DNA from: Fibrobacter succinogenes subsp. succinogenes S85
GTDB lineage: Bacteria > Fibrobacterota > Fibrobacteria > Fibrobacterales > Fibrobacteraceae
Direction of reading: 5' to 3'
Length of the DNA stretch: 32,000 bases
NCBI RefSeq assembly: GCF_000146505.1
Contig: NC_017448.1
Location: forward strand, 1,950,001 to 1,982,000
A model generated the notes under the pieces. It was not told the DNA's origin, searched no databases, and saw only the letters and a program-made list of their open reading frames with translations. The position numbers and the translations under genes are program-made. Positions 1 to 7,969 of the stretch are shown one piece after another (the stretch's first letter is position 1; every line of letters starts with the position of its first letter).

Positions 1-459
1 GTTTCATTCATTTTATGTATGGCAACCGGGTTTGGTATTGTCCTTTTTACTCTAGTTGGATTTTCAATGGGCGCAAACCGATCTGCAGGCTTTCACGATT
101 TAAAATTAATAACCATTCTGCCATATATCAAATATATCCCTATAGGCGCCATCCTGCTTTTTTGTTTCTTTACAAAAAACAACATAGTCCGAGACTATTG
201 GCTAAACCATCTTAAATTTGCGCTTGGTATTGCGTCAGTTCTCGCCGTAAACGCAATCACTACATTCATCTCAGGGACATACAGTGGCATATACCGCTGT
301 TGCTCAGGAACACCCGCCTACATAATAGCCGCAGGCATTCTCTTTTTTTCGATATTATTTATCCTAAATACATTCTTTACCATCAACAAAAAAATCCGTC
401 CCAAAAACGGGCTTACGCTAATTGCACTCGCCCTAATCCTTGAAACGGCGCTCCGATAA
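1..459 (+). CDS. Hypothetical polytopic membrane protein (first ATG at 19; frame is open to the window edge, so it may be 5'-truncated)
   Basis: ORF track 19..459 (146 aa). There is no in-frame stop between nt 1 and 19. The product is almost entirely hydrophobic, with several TM-like segments (GFGIVLFTLVGFSMG, IGAILLFCFF, LGIASVLAVNAITTFI, AYIIAAGILFFSILFIL). I recognise no family motif. Confidence 0.45.
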   Translation, partial: VSFILCMATGFGIVLFTLVGFSMGANRSAGFHDLKLITILPYIKYIPIGAILLFCFFTKNNIVRDYWLNHLKFALGIASVLAVNAITTFISGTYSGIYRCCSGTPAYIIAAGILFFSILFILNTFFTINKKIRPKNGLTLIALALILETALR

Positions 460-465
460 CCGTTT

Positions 466-1527
466 TTACAATTTCTTTTTCAGCACCTTCGCACAGGGCT
501 TTTCTACAAGTTCATGTAACGCAATTGCCATAACCGCGCACAACGCGACCGACATTACAATCTGCAATACGTTATTCTGGATATCGCACGCAGCAAACAG
601 CCAGTTCTCAATTTCAGTATTGAAAGTCTGCGCCAAGAAAAACGCATAGCTTGCCGCACTCGCATAACGAAGCACCGCAGAATTATGCAGCCGAGGTGAC
701 TTAAGCCCTGCTAGCGTTAAAATCATAAAGGCAAACAGCGGAATCACAATCCAGTCGTAAAGCATGTAATTGCCCACGAAAATATTCAGCCGCACGGCAA
801 TTGATATTCCTGCAACTAAAAGCAAAACTTCAACAAGCAAAGCTTTCCAAGTCGCAAGGATTTTCGCAATGCCATCGCGGATTGGCAACGAGCACAAAAG
901 CACGCCAATGAAAAATTCCAGCCCACGGAAAAACGGGTTCGAATAAATCGAGTCCGTCGAAAATGTATGCACGACAAGCGGAGACCAGAACAAAACCGCC
1001 GAGCATATTGCAAGCGACATCCACTTCGTGCGAGCCGTCATCTGCTTTACGATTTCTTGCATCAGCGGGAACGCCAAATACGCAAACAGCAGGCAAGAAA
1101 TAAACCAAGTCCCGCCATTATGGCTCACTGGGAACAGCGTCGAAAACACGCTTTGCAATCCCAAGATTTCAATCGGCAAAAGCACTAGATTCTGGAACAC
1201 CGATTCCTCCCCCAAGGTCACAACGTACAACACCGCCACGACCAAGTACAAAGGAAAAATTCCGAAAATGCGTTTCAGATAAAAGTTTTTGAGCGCCGGA
1301 GCCTGTACAAGCGATTTATCCTTGTACGTCAAGAACAGCACATAACCCGAAAGCATAAAGAACGCTGTCATGAACACGGCGCCCATCGAGACAAATCCCG
1401 TCAATGGTCCAAAATTGCTTTCGTGATGGATATTGCAATGGAACAGCAATACCATCACAGCGGCTACAACGCGAAAGAGGTCAAGCCCCGCCGCACGGTG
1501 TTGCATTTTGGACTTGTCGATAATCAC
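466..1527 (-). CDS. Acyltransferase family 3 (OafA/YrhL-type integral membrane O-acyltransferase)
   Basis: 353-aa ORF with about 10 hydrophobic helices. The N-terminal RAAGLDLFRVVAAVMVLLFHCNIH block is typical of the acyltransferase_3 family. Start is GTG at 1527 (1-nt overlap with the upstream stop) or ATG at 1506. Confidence 0.8.
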   Translation of the reverse strand: MIIDKSKMQHRAAGLDLFRVVAAVMVLLFHCNIHHESNFGPLTGFVSMGAVFMTAFFMLSGYVLFLTYKDKSLVQAPALKNFYLKRIFGIFPLYLVVAVLYVVTLGEESVFQNLVLLPIEILGLQSVFSTLFPVSHNGGTWFISCLLFAYLAFPLMQEIVKQMTARTKWMSLAICSAVLFWSPLVVHTFSTDSIYSNPFFRGLEFFIGVLLCSLPIRDGIAKILATWKALLVEVLLLVAGISIAVRLNIFVGNYMLYDWIVIPLFAFMILTLAGLKSPRLHNSAVLRYASAASYAFFLAQTFNTEIENWLFAACDIQNNVLQIVMSVALCAVMAIALHELVEKPCAKVLKKKL

Positions 1528-2651
1528 TAATCTTCTTCCTTGATGCCCATGAGCGTCATGGCAAGTTTCCAGGTTTCCTTGTTTTCAAAGCTGTCGCGCT
1601 TGCCGCCGCCGTAGCGGGCGTGCGCAAATTCCTCGAGCAGGGGCTTCCAGCCGTCCAGTTTGCCATCGGCCACAAGAGCATCTAGATTCACCGCGGAGGC
1701 GGCGGCAGTTCCTTCGGCAGCACCAAACTGGTGCAGAGCATATTCCTTGCAGATTCCTTCAAGTTCCAAGAGCCATTCGCGGCTATCGGCCACCATCACG
1801 CGCTGCTTCAAGACAACCATCTTCTCGCGTAACGCATTCTCAAATGCATTCTTCGCGGCAGTCGCTGCACGCAAATGAGCACGCTTGCGCATGCGCCACA
1901 ACGCAGCAAGCAGCACACAAACGCCTACCGCACCGCCTGCAATAAACGGCATCGCATTAAACGGCGCATCGACACGTATAGGCACGCTATCGCTACGCAA
2001 ATCAAGCGACTGCCCCATCGGCGTCGGAATTTCAAAACGCATGGCAGGGATGTTCAAGTTGCCCGTATCCTGCATAACGAGCTTGTAGTTGAACGTGATC
2101 TGCGCCATTTCCTTGCCGTCTTTTACCGATCGGCTAGATTCCTGCGACACGCCCAGCTGCAAAATGCCCTTCGCATTTGCTGAACTTGTCGGCACCACGA
2201 GAATCGCACTCCCGTTCACGCTCCACGAGACCGTCACCGGGAAAATAATCGTATCGCCTACAGTCGCCGAAAGCGGCACATTTCCAGTAGCACTTCCGGT
2301 AGCATTCCCTGCATCACCAGCATTTCCTACGTTTCCAGCTGTAATCGTAATCCCGAGCTGTTCAGCTGTCGGGAGCGCAGGCATACCCGCATCATTTCCC
2401 GCGGAATCACCGTCAACAGCACCTGCATCCAAATTGCCCGGAGCATTCAAACAATCCGGTTCTATCGCAAGGACATTCGTCGAATCTTTTTTTGTTGCAA
2501 CAAGCAACGAATCAGCATTTTTTTCTTGAGTCTCAGCCTTAGCTTTTTTAGCCTTGACAGGCTTCGCAGTCTTAGAATTCACGTTTTTTTCTTTCATACG
2601 TAATGAATATACAAAAAAGACGATAATAAAGGGGCTTGCCCAGAACAACAA
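1527..2651 (-). CDS. Hypothetical membrane-anchored protein, tentatively BatD/DUF4381-like
   Basis: 374-aa ORF. It has a Lys-rich and Gly/Asn/Ala-rich N-terminal region, a beta-rich middle part, one clear TM helix (FIAGGAVGVCVLLAALW followed by RMRKRAH) and a helical C-terminal domain. The TTG start at 2651 lies inside the U-tract of the upstream GH8 terminator, so ATG at 2597 (MKEKNV...) is an equally plausible start. Confidence 0.6.
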   Translation of the reverse strand: MLFWASPFIIVFFVYSLRMKEKNVNSKTAKPVKAKKAKAETQEKNADSLLVATKKDSTNVLAIEPDCLNAPGNLDAGAVDGDSAGNDAGMPALPTAEQLGITITAGNVGNAGDAGNATGSATGNVPLSATVGDTIIFPVTVSWSVNGSAILVVPTSSANAKGILQLGVSQESSRSVKDGKEMAQITFNYKLVMQDTGNLNIPAMRFEIPTPMGQSLDLRSDSVPIRVDAPFNAMPFIAGGAVGVCVLLAALWRMRKRAHLRAATAAKNAFENALREKMVVLKQRVMVADSREWLLELEGICKEYALHQFGAAEGTAAASAVNLDALVADGKLDGWKPLLEEFAHARYGGGKRDSFENKETWKLAMTLMGIKEED

Positions 2652-2676
2652 AAAACTCCCGGAAGGTTCCGGGAGT
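2647..2676 (-). terminator. Intrinsic terminator downstream of the GH8 gene
   Basis: Perfect inverted repeat ACTCCCGGAA / TTCCGGGAGT (2655-2664 / 2667-2676), followed on the minus strand by a U-run (plus-strand A-run 2650-2655). Confidence 0.7.
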
Positions 2677-2723
2677 CGAGACTGTTCGTCTTACATTTTT
2701 CGAGGCTCAAGCCTCATTCACTA

Positions 2724-4172
2724 CTAGACTCCAGCCGGGCGAACGAACAGACCGTTCAGCAAGGCGGAATACATCGTGAGCAAGATATCCGAGAAGTAGC
2801 TCTGCGTCGTAAGCGAAGGCACCTTTGCGTTCAAGCCCGTCGTGCAGGTAGAAAGCCATGTTGCATTGCCTGCAATACCCGTAGCGCACCAAGCACCGTA
2901 CCACTGCGACGGAACAACCGTATTGCTCGTGTAGTCAGCACCGACAGCCAAATTCCAAGAGTAGTTGACGGCAAGAGCCATGTTATTCGGGTCACCGCTA
3001 GCCTTCTTCGAAATGAAGGAATTCAAAGTGGAGAGTACTGCGAGAGCGCGAGCATCCTGGTACCAGTAGTAGTCCCAAGCGATACGCCACGGAATACGCA
3101 CAGATTCCTTGTTGAACTGCCAGTAGGTCGTGTTTGCAGAACCGTTAGCAGGCTTGATTGCATTGCCAGCGCCATCGCTCCAGTCCGGGAACACGCCCGT
3201 ACCAGCATTCTGGACCTGCTGCATGTAAGCATACATTGCATTCAAGACACCCGTCCAGTTATGAGCAACGTCCACGATTGCAAAGAGACGGAGTGCCACC
3301 GGAGAGAAGTAGCTCAGGTTGTAAACCGGATTTGCGCCCTTCCACATATCTTCGTCACCAGAGTAGATGAGCAAGTTAGTCGGGTTCACTTCGGCATCCC
3401 AAATGGCATTGATCAAGCTCATAGCGTCTTGCAAGTACAAGGCGTTACCCGACTTGAAATACATAAGGATCAAAGCCGTCGCGATATCTTCATCGGCGTC
3501 TGTAGCACTGGAGTTATCGACTTCGGTCCAGTGGAACGACTGGGTGATCCACGGCATAAGCTTTCTGTTGGAATATTCCCTAAAAGCTCTGCTGTAATTC
3601 CACAAGCGGAGGAACGTGTCATCATCACCATTGAAGTAAGCCAAAAGCATACCGTAACCGATACCTTCCGACACCGTGCAAGCACGGGTCTTCATGTTCG
3701 GGACCGTAGTGGTGTTATCAGAGCAGTAGCTCTTGTAATAACCCGTCTGGCTAGACCAAACGACACGGCCCGCCGGCATATACACAGCCGGGAACACAAC
3801 GTTGAATTCCGTTGCGAGGGTCGGATACGTGATCATTTCCTGTTCTTCGGTCGTGAAGTGGAAGCTCTTCCACAATGCATAATGGTTCACGGCATAAGCA
3901 GGATTTGCAGTCGTGGCGAGCGGAGCATAAGTTCCAGTCGGGGTCGGAGTCGGCGTTGCAGAACTTGCCGGAGCCGGTGCAGAAGAAGTCGGAGCCGGAG
4001 TAGAGCTCGTCGGGAGCGGAGTATAAACAGAAGAGGAGCTCAACGTCGGGAAGATAACCGCAGAGCTCGGGGTCGGATTATTCGGAGCGCTCGGTGCGGC
4101 ATCGTCACCGCAGGCGCCAAAGAAAAATGCTGAGCCCACCAAAACAGGCAACAGGATTTTTTTGCAAACCAT
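2724..4172 (-). CDS. Glycoside hydrolase family 8 endo-beta-1,4-glucanase, lipoprotein with a Pro/Ser/Thr-rich linker
   Basis: 482-aa ORF. The signal peptide ends in a lipobox-like FFGAC and is followed by a long P/S/T/A linker. The GH8 catalytic-region motifs TVSEGIGYGMLLAYF and ATDADEDIATALILMY closely match the GH8 PROSITE-type signature A-[ST]-D-[AG]-D-x2-[IM]-A. Confidence 0.85.
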   Translation of the reverse strand: MVCKKILLPVLVGSAFFFGACGDDAAPSAPNNPTPSSAVIFPTLSSSSVYTPLPTSSTPAPTSSAPAPASSATPTPTPTGTYAPLATTANPAYAVNHYALWKSFHFTTEEQEMITYPTLATEFNVVFPAVYMPAGRVVWSSQTGYYKSYCSDNTTTVPNMKTRACTVSEGIGYGMLLAYFNGDDDTFLRLWNYSRAFREYSNRKLMPWITQSFHWTEVDNSSATDADEDIATALILMYFKSGNALYLQDAMSLINAIWDAEVNPTNLLIYSGDEDMWKGANPVYNLSYFSPVALRLFAIVDVAHNWTGVLNAMYAYMQQVQNAGTGVFPDWSDGAGNAIKPANGSANTTYWQFNKESVRIPWRIAWDYYWYQDARALAVLSTLNSFISKKASGDPNNMALAVNYSWNLAVGADYTSNTVVPSQWYGAWCATGIAGNATWLSTCTTGLNAKVPSLTTQSYFSDILLTMYSALLNGLFVRPAGV

Positions 4173-4212
4173 AAAAGCCTCTCATTAAATATCCCCAAAG
4201 CGGGGCTGGTAA

Positions 4213-4243
4213 ATGCCAAAGTAATATATATAAATATAGCTTT
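4213..4243 (-). promoter_or_regulatory. Candidate promoter/regulatory element upstream of GH8 (AAAGCTA - AT core - ACTTTGGCAT); shared with the GH5 upstream region
   Basis: The minus strand reads AAAGCTATATTTATATATATTACTTTGGCAT and ends about 40 nt upstream of the ATG at 4172. A similarly oriented element lies at 7755-7786 upstream of GH5. The AT core contains TATATT/TATATA -10-like hexamers. Confidence 0.3.
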
Positions 4244-4308
4244 TAAGGAAAGGCTGCAAGCAAAAATCAAGTTTACTTGTGAGCACAAACACGAGCTTCA
4301 ACATGCAG

Positions 4309-4330
4309 AAAAAGGCCGCTTGTGCGACCC
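4309..4330 (-). terminator. Intrinsic terminator after paralog A
   Basis: Minus-strand RNA reads GGUCGC-ACAA-GCGGCC followed by UUUUU. The stem contains a U-G wobble that can only form in the minus-strand transcript. Confidence 0.65.
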
Positions 4331-4357
4331 TTATTAAAAGATTTTTTGAATTTTAAA

Positions 4358-5326
4358 TCACTTCAGCACGATTTTATCTACGAAGTTGACAGACTTGCCG
4401 GTCACCTGGACCATGTACACACCCACATTGAGAGAAGAAAGATCTAGCGTAGAACCATTGTCAATGGAAGCCTTGACTACAACCTGCCCACGGATGTTCC
4501 TAACCTCGACCGAAGCGGCTGAATTTACGCCGGAAATCCCAAGATTACGCCCCAAGAGGGTCGCCTTGGCATTGGATGGTCCTCGAACGGAATTAATCGC
4601 ATCAGGAAAAATAGGACCACAACAGCCACAGCTTTTCGGGCAAGATCCATCGTACGGACCGATACCGCAGATGTTAAAGTCATACGTCCCCGGCTGAGCC
4701 TGCATCTTGAATTTCACCGAAACAAGCTGTTTTGCAGCCTCCTCACCTGAAATTTTCGTAGTTCCCTTGTACCAGGACGGCTGCGAAAAGCCAGACCAAG
4801 GAATAGCCTTGGATGCAGCAGCAGCGGCCGCCTTCGAAAGAGGAGCAGCCGGATTTGCGTAACCAATTGTAGCGTCAAACTCGCCGAGACCGAGTTCGAG
4901 AGACGGAGCAACTGAAGAAGTATAAGTAATGCAGAGGCCGCCCCAAGCAGAAGCATCACCTGGAACCGGATTACCAGAAGCGTCTTCACCAACGACGTTG
5001 AAACCAATACCGACAAAAGGATTATAGGTCAAAATGCCTTTATCGAGGACCGCAGAACCACAGATACCACCGCAGTGTTCAATAACAGGATCCATCGAAC
5101 CGTCATAAGCATTATAGGAGTCAGACTCAACCGGCCATACAACCTTCGAAGTACCACCATCGTCATTGTCATTATAACTGTACCAATACCCATGAGTATT
5201 GCTTTCATTACCAAGGCCCGTTTGAACCTGAGATTCCCCGTACCCACCATACCACGTTTCAAACTCACCTGCGAATACGGCAGAAACAACGAGCAACGCC
5301 GAAGCAGCAAAAATCTTCTTGTTCAT
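4358..5326 (-). CDS. Secreted protein of unknown function, paralog A: signal peptide, conserved ~210-aa Cys-containing domain, Cys-rich linker, Por/T9SS-type C-terminal sorting domain
   Basis: ORF track 4358..5350. The homologous start of all three paralogs is MNKK (ATG at 5326), preceded by an AGGAGG Shine-Dalgarno (plus-strand CCTCCT at 5333-5338). The signal peptide ends AVFA/GEF. The C-terminal ~70 aa (...LDLSSLNVGVYMVQVTGKSVNFVDKIVLK) matches the general pattern of T9SS C-terminal domains. Confidence 0.85.
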   Translation of the reverse strand: MNKKIFAASALLVVSAVFAGEFETWYGGYGESQVQTGLGNESNTHGYWYSYNDNDDGGTSKVVWPVESDSYNAYDGSMDPVIEHCGGICGSAVLDKGILTYNPFVGIGFNVVGEDASGNPVPGDASAWGGLCITYTSSVAPSLELGLGEFDATIGYANPAAPLSKAAAAAASKAIPWSGFSQPSWYKGTTKISGEEAAKQLVSVKFKMQAQPGTYDFNICGIGPYDGSCPKSCGCCGPIFPDAINSVRGPSNAKATLLGRNLGISGVNSAASVEVRNIRGQVVVKASIDNGSTLDLSSLNVGVYMVQVTGKSVNFVDKIVLK

Positions 5327-5377
5327 AACAATCCTCCTAGTCACAAGCACTCACAAACTAATATAGATTTTTTGACA

Positions 5378-6381
5378 TTACCTCAGCACGATTTTGTCTA
5401 CGAAGTTGACAGACTTGCCGATCACATGGACCATGTACACGCCCACATTGAGAGAAGAAAGGTCAAGCGTAGAGCCATTGTCAATGGAACCCTTGGCGAC
5501 CACCTGCCCCTGGATGTTCTTGACCTCGACTGTGGCAGCAGAATTTACGCCAAAAATACCGAGATTACGCCCCCAAAGTATCGCCTTGGCATTGGATGGA
5601 CCACGAGATGAATTAATCGCTAAATAATATTTATCAGGATTATCATATCCAAAAGCAACATTGTAACCAGGAGGACACGCACCACCACAACACATCGGGC
5701 AAGTTCCATCGTACGGGCCGATAGCGCAAATGTGAAGTCATACATCCCCGGCTGAGCCTGCATCTTGAATTTCACCGAAACAAGCTGTTTAGCGGCTTCT
5801 TCACCTGAAATTTTAGTAGTCCCCTTGTACCAAGACGGCTGCGTAAAGCCAGACCAAGGAATAACCTTATGAGCAACTCCAACAGCAGCCCTCGGAAGAG
5901 AAAACGACGGATTTGCATAACCGATTGTGGCGTCAAAGTCGCCAAGGCCGAGTTCAAGAGACGGAGCCGCCGAAGCAGAATAAGTGATACAGATGCCGCC
6001 CCAAGCAGAAGCATCACCAGCAACTGGATTACCAGAAGCGTCTTCACCAGCCACGTTGAAGCCGATACCGGCGAACGGATTATAGGTCAAAGCGCCTTTA
6101 GAAAGAGCTGCCGTACCACAGATACCGCCACAGTGTTCAATAACGGGGTCCAAGGCATCAGCAAATTGACTATTACCTATTTCGATCGACCCCGGCCATA
6201 TAATCTTAGATTCTCCCCCATCCTCATGATCATCGTAACTGAACCAGTACCCTTGAGTTTTGGTTTCGTTTTCAAGGCCAGTCTGAATCTGATAATCATC
6301 GCCATACCAGGTTTTAAACTCACCTGCAAACGCGGCAGAGACCGACAAAAGCGCCGTAGCAGCCACAAAACTCTTATTCAT
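5378..6381 (-). pseudogene. Paralog B of the same secreted protein family, interrupted by a 1-nt deletion (two ORFs, 5620..6381 and 5378..5695)
   Basis: The N-terminal ORF is colinear with paralogs A and C up to QAQPGMYDF and then goes out of frame. The ORF at 5378..5695 encodes the Cys-rich linker plus the sorting domain. Compared with paralog A (gatgttaaagtcata), this copy reads aaatgtgaagtcata at 5729-5743, so one base is missing near 5733-5735. Restoring it gives DF(N/H)ICAIGPYDGTCPMCCGGACPPGY... in frame. Confidence 0.8.
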
Positions 6382-6505
6382 AGAACACTCTCTCCTTACT
6401 CTATTGAATATAACATTTTATCAAACAAAAGAATAAGAAAATATGGATCCTATCACCTTCGGCTCCAGGATGACAAGGGCGAAAATAGCAGTGCTTAAAA
6501 TACAG

Positions 6506-6529
6506 AAAAGGGCCGCTTGCGCGACCCTT
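6506..6529 (-). terminator. Intrinsic terminator after paralog C
   Basis: Minus-strand RNA reads GGGUCGC-GCAA-GCGGCCC followed by UUUU. It has a GNRA tetraloop and a U-G wobble that forms only in the minus-strand transcript. Confidence 0.7.
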
Positions 6530-6555
6530 CTCTAAAGATTCTTAGGAATCCGAAA

Positions 6556-7485
6556 TTACTTCAGAACAATCTTGTTGGTGAAGTTGACGGACTTGCCAGC
6601 AACGCGAACCATGTAGACACCTGCATCGAGAGAAGCGAGGTTCATAGCAGAGGAAGCGTCACCCTTGGCGACAACCTGACCCTGGAGGTTCATGATTTCT
6701 GCGTTAGCAGCAGACTTCACACCAGAGAAGCTGAGGGTACGGCCAGTGAGGATAGCCTTAGCAGAGGAAGCACCGCGAACAGCCTTGATGGAAGCATTAC
6801 AAGAAGTCGGGCAGGTGCCACCAGCGTACGGACCGATAGCGCAGATGTTGAAGTCATAGTTACCAGCAGCAGCCTGGATCTTGAACTTAACAGCAACGAG
6901 CTGTGCAGCAGCGTCAGTACCGCTCATCTTTGTGGCACCCTTGTACCAAGACGGCTGAGTAAAGCCAGACCACGGAATAGACTTCGTTGCAGCAGCAGAA
7001 GCAGCCTTAGCGAGGGAAGCAGCCGGGTTTGCGTAACCGATGGTTGCGTCAACGTCGCCGAGACCGAGTTCAAGAGTCGGAGCAGCAGCGGAAGTATAAG
7101 TAATGCAGAGGCCACCCCAAGCAGAAGCGTCACCCGGCACCGGATCACCAGAAGCGCCTTCGCCGACGACGTTGAAGCCGATACCGACGAACGGGTTATA
7201 AGTCAAGGAACCCTTAGCGAGAGCTGCAGTACCGCAGATACCGCCGCAGTGTTCAACAACCGGGTCCATAGCGGTAGCAGAGTATTCGTTACCGAGTTCG
7301 ACCGGCCAAACAACCTTGGATTCACCACCGTCACCGTCGTCGCCGTAGCTGAACCAGTAACCGTAGGTGTTCGTGTCGTTACCAATGCCAGTTTCAACCT
7401 GCGGAGCATCGCCCAGCCAGGTGTCAAATGCAAAAGCAGCAGAGGCAGCGAGAATTGCCGAAGCAATTGTGAGTTTCTTATTCAT
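6556..7485 (-). CDS. Secreted protein of unknown function, paralog C (same architecture as A, more diverged)
   Basis: 309-aa ORF with signal peptide MNKKLTIASAILAASAAFA. It shares the conserved blocks DPVVEHCGGICGTAAL, TYNPFVGIGFNVVGE, GDASAWGGLCITYTS, LELGLG..DATIGYANP and IPWSGFTQPSWYKG, and ends in the sorting domain ...LDAGVYMVRVAGKSVNFTNKIVLK. Confidence 0.85.
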   Translation of the reverse strand: MNKKLTIASAILAASAAFAFDTWLGDAPQVETGIGNDTNTYGYWFSYGDDGDGGESKVVWPVELGNEYSATAMDPVVEHCGGICGTAALAKGSLTYNPFVGIGFNVVGEGASGDPVPGDASAWGGLCITYTSAAAPTLELGLGDVDATIGYANPAASLAKAASAAATKSIPWSGFTQPSWYKGATKMSGTDAAAQLVAVKFKIQAAAGNYDFNICAIGPYAGGTCPTSCNASIKAVRGASSAKAILTGRTLSFSGVKSAANAEIMNLQGQVVAKGDASSAMNLASLDAGVYMVRVAGKSVNFTNKIVLK

Positions 7486-7754
7486 AATTCTCTCTCTTTT
7501 TTTAACTGTTTACCCAAATTGGGTGATTTGGACAACAATATATTTTTTTTTCTTCCAAAATGCCATACCTACAGCCGTTTGAAAAAAAAATTTACATAAC
7601 TGTTTGCAAACCGCCCTTTCCTTGATAATATACCACTTTGGCGACGTTCAAAGTACATACAAATTTGTTTACAAAATACTTCTGTGTTGTCCGTCACATG
7701 AAAGAGGAACGCAATTTTTTTATTACGATAGAAATCCTTGACTCCTGCGAGCAG

Positions 7755-7786
7755 AAAGCTACATTATATATAAATATACTTGCCAT
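7755..7786 (+). promoter_or_regulatory. Candidate promoter/regulatory element upstream of GH5 (AAAGCTA - AT core - ACTTGCCAT)
   Basis: The plus strand reads AAAGCTACATTATATATAAATATACTTGCCAT. It has the same flanks and the same orientation relative to its gene as the element at 4213-4243. It lies about 184 nt upstream of the ATG at 7970, which implies a long leader. Confidence 0.3.
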
Positions 7787-7969
7787 CCCGACAGGGCCTT
7801 GCGCAAAGCGGGATCCCACGTTGCAAGGGTGGCAAAAAACGGGGTAAAGGTGTACAACAGGCACAAAGCCAACAGCCTTGTGTTCAATAGTAAACAAAAA
7901 ATTAGCCTAAATTGTTTACTATCTTCGATTTAATTAGATAATTTTTGTCAAAACAAAAGGAAAACACTC

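Larger units (their letters stand above)
4358..7485 (-). repeat. Tandem gene triplication (three head-to-tail paralogs of about 1 kb each)
   Basis: The three colinear ORFs share conserved protein blocks. The 3' (sorting-domain) parts of A (4358 to ~4600) and B (5378 to ~5600) align base for base with only scattered substitutions. Confidence 0.85.

Noticed and set aside
2597-2613. TATATT hexamers only 8-9 nt upstream of the ATGs at 2597 and at 31655, which would suggest leaderless mRNAs.
   Set aside because: Both start codons are themselves uncertain. AT-rich hexamers are frequent in these intergenic regions, and two cases are not a pattern. Transcription-start mapping would be needed.
4205-4222. 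Sigma-54-like promoter upstream of GH8. The minus strand reads TTGGCAT-TTAC-CAGC, which resembles TGGCAC-N5-TTGC, and rpoN is present in the window.
   Set aside because: The spacing between the GG and GC elements is one base short, and the -12 element is CAGC rather than TTGC. The related element upstream of GH5 has TTGCCAT (no GG). No enhancer-binding protein gene is nearby.
5358-5369. An identical 12-mer CTAATATAGATT (minus strand AATCTATATTAG) upstream of paralog A (5358-5369) and upstream of the SBP gene (16596-16607), suggesting co-regulation.
   Set aside because: A single AT-rich 12-mer shared by two AT-rich intergenic regions is within chance expectation for a 32-kb window. It probably just reflects a common TATATT -10 hexamer. 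Similar TATATT boxes precede paralog B, paralog C and iorA. It is worth including in a genome-wide motif search but is not evidence on its own.
7638-7897. Two small ORFs (69 aa on the plus strand at 7638..7847, 67 aa on the minus strand at 7694..7897) in the paralog C / GH5 divergent intergenic region.
   Set aside because: They overlap each other and the putative GH5 promoter and leader. They lack Shine-Dalgarno sequences, and their compositions are typical of random AT-rich sequence.
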